In this document: piece after piece, positions 32,385 through 32,451 of the stretch
Layout of the letters: every line of letters starts with the position of its first letter
Numbering within the stretch: position 1 is the stretch's first letter
Assembly: GCA_002256025.1 (NCBI GenBank)
Contig: NKIB01010176.1
Span: 62,001 to 94,451 of the forward strand
Reading direction: 5' to 3'
DNA: 32,451 nucleotides
Origin: Asterionella formosa
Lineage: Eukaryota
Notes under the pieces: generated by a model
Database searches by the model: none
Seen by the model: the letters and a program-made list of their open reading frames with translations, nothing else
Told to the model about the DNA's origin: nothing
Position numbers and translations under genes: made by a program

Positions 32385-32451
32385 TTATTGACAAATGACT
32401 GGAGATGTTTACTTATTGACAAATGACTGGAGATGTTACTTATTGACAAGT
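32385..32451. repeat. 27-28 bp tandem repeat running off the window end
   Basis: ttattgacaaatgactggagatgtt(t)ac twice, plus a partial third unit. Confidence 0.9.

Overview
Eukaryotic nuclear DNA, most likely a diatom or other stramenopile (inferred from compact genes and Ambal-type LINEs). The window holds three intact host genes: an F-box/LRR gene with one 108-bp intron (6194-7348 +), an intronless TPR gene (about 22471-24948 +) and, convergent with it, APC/C subunit CDC23/APC8 (25026-26936 -). Most of the rest is decayed, nested transposable elements. There are five fragments of Ambal-like RT/RNase H non-LTR retrotransposons and two TTAA-flanked Kolobok-type DNA transposons. One Kolobok copy carries a DDE transposase relic and a Cys-rich KolX/P2X7-ballast-like gene; the other carries an unknown ORF interrupted only by TGA stops. 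Also present: three termini of a second TTAA-targeting family, a MULE transposase relic followed by a CCTTGTATTGG motif array, two copies of a 90-bp MITE and a 2-kb TIR element. The most unusual signals are palindromic GGTACC/TA mosaics that look like stacked TA-site insertion or excision scars, a stem-loop conserved in the 3' UTRs of three divergent LINE copies, and CpG-decay signatures in the repeats. All calls come from reading the sequence by eye; no searches were run.
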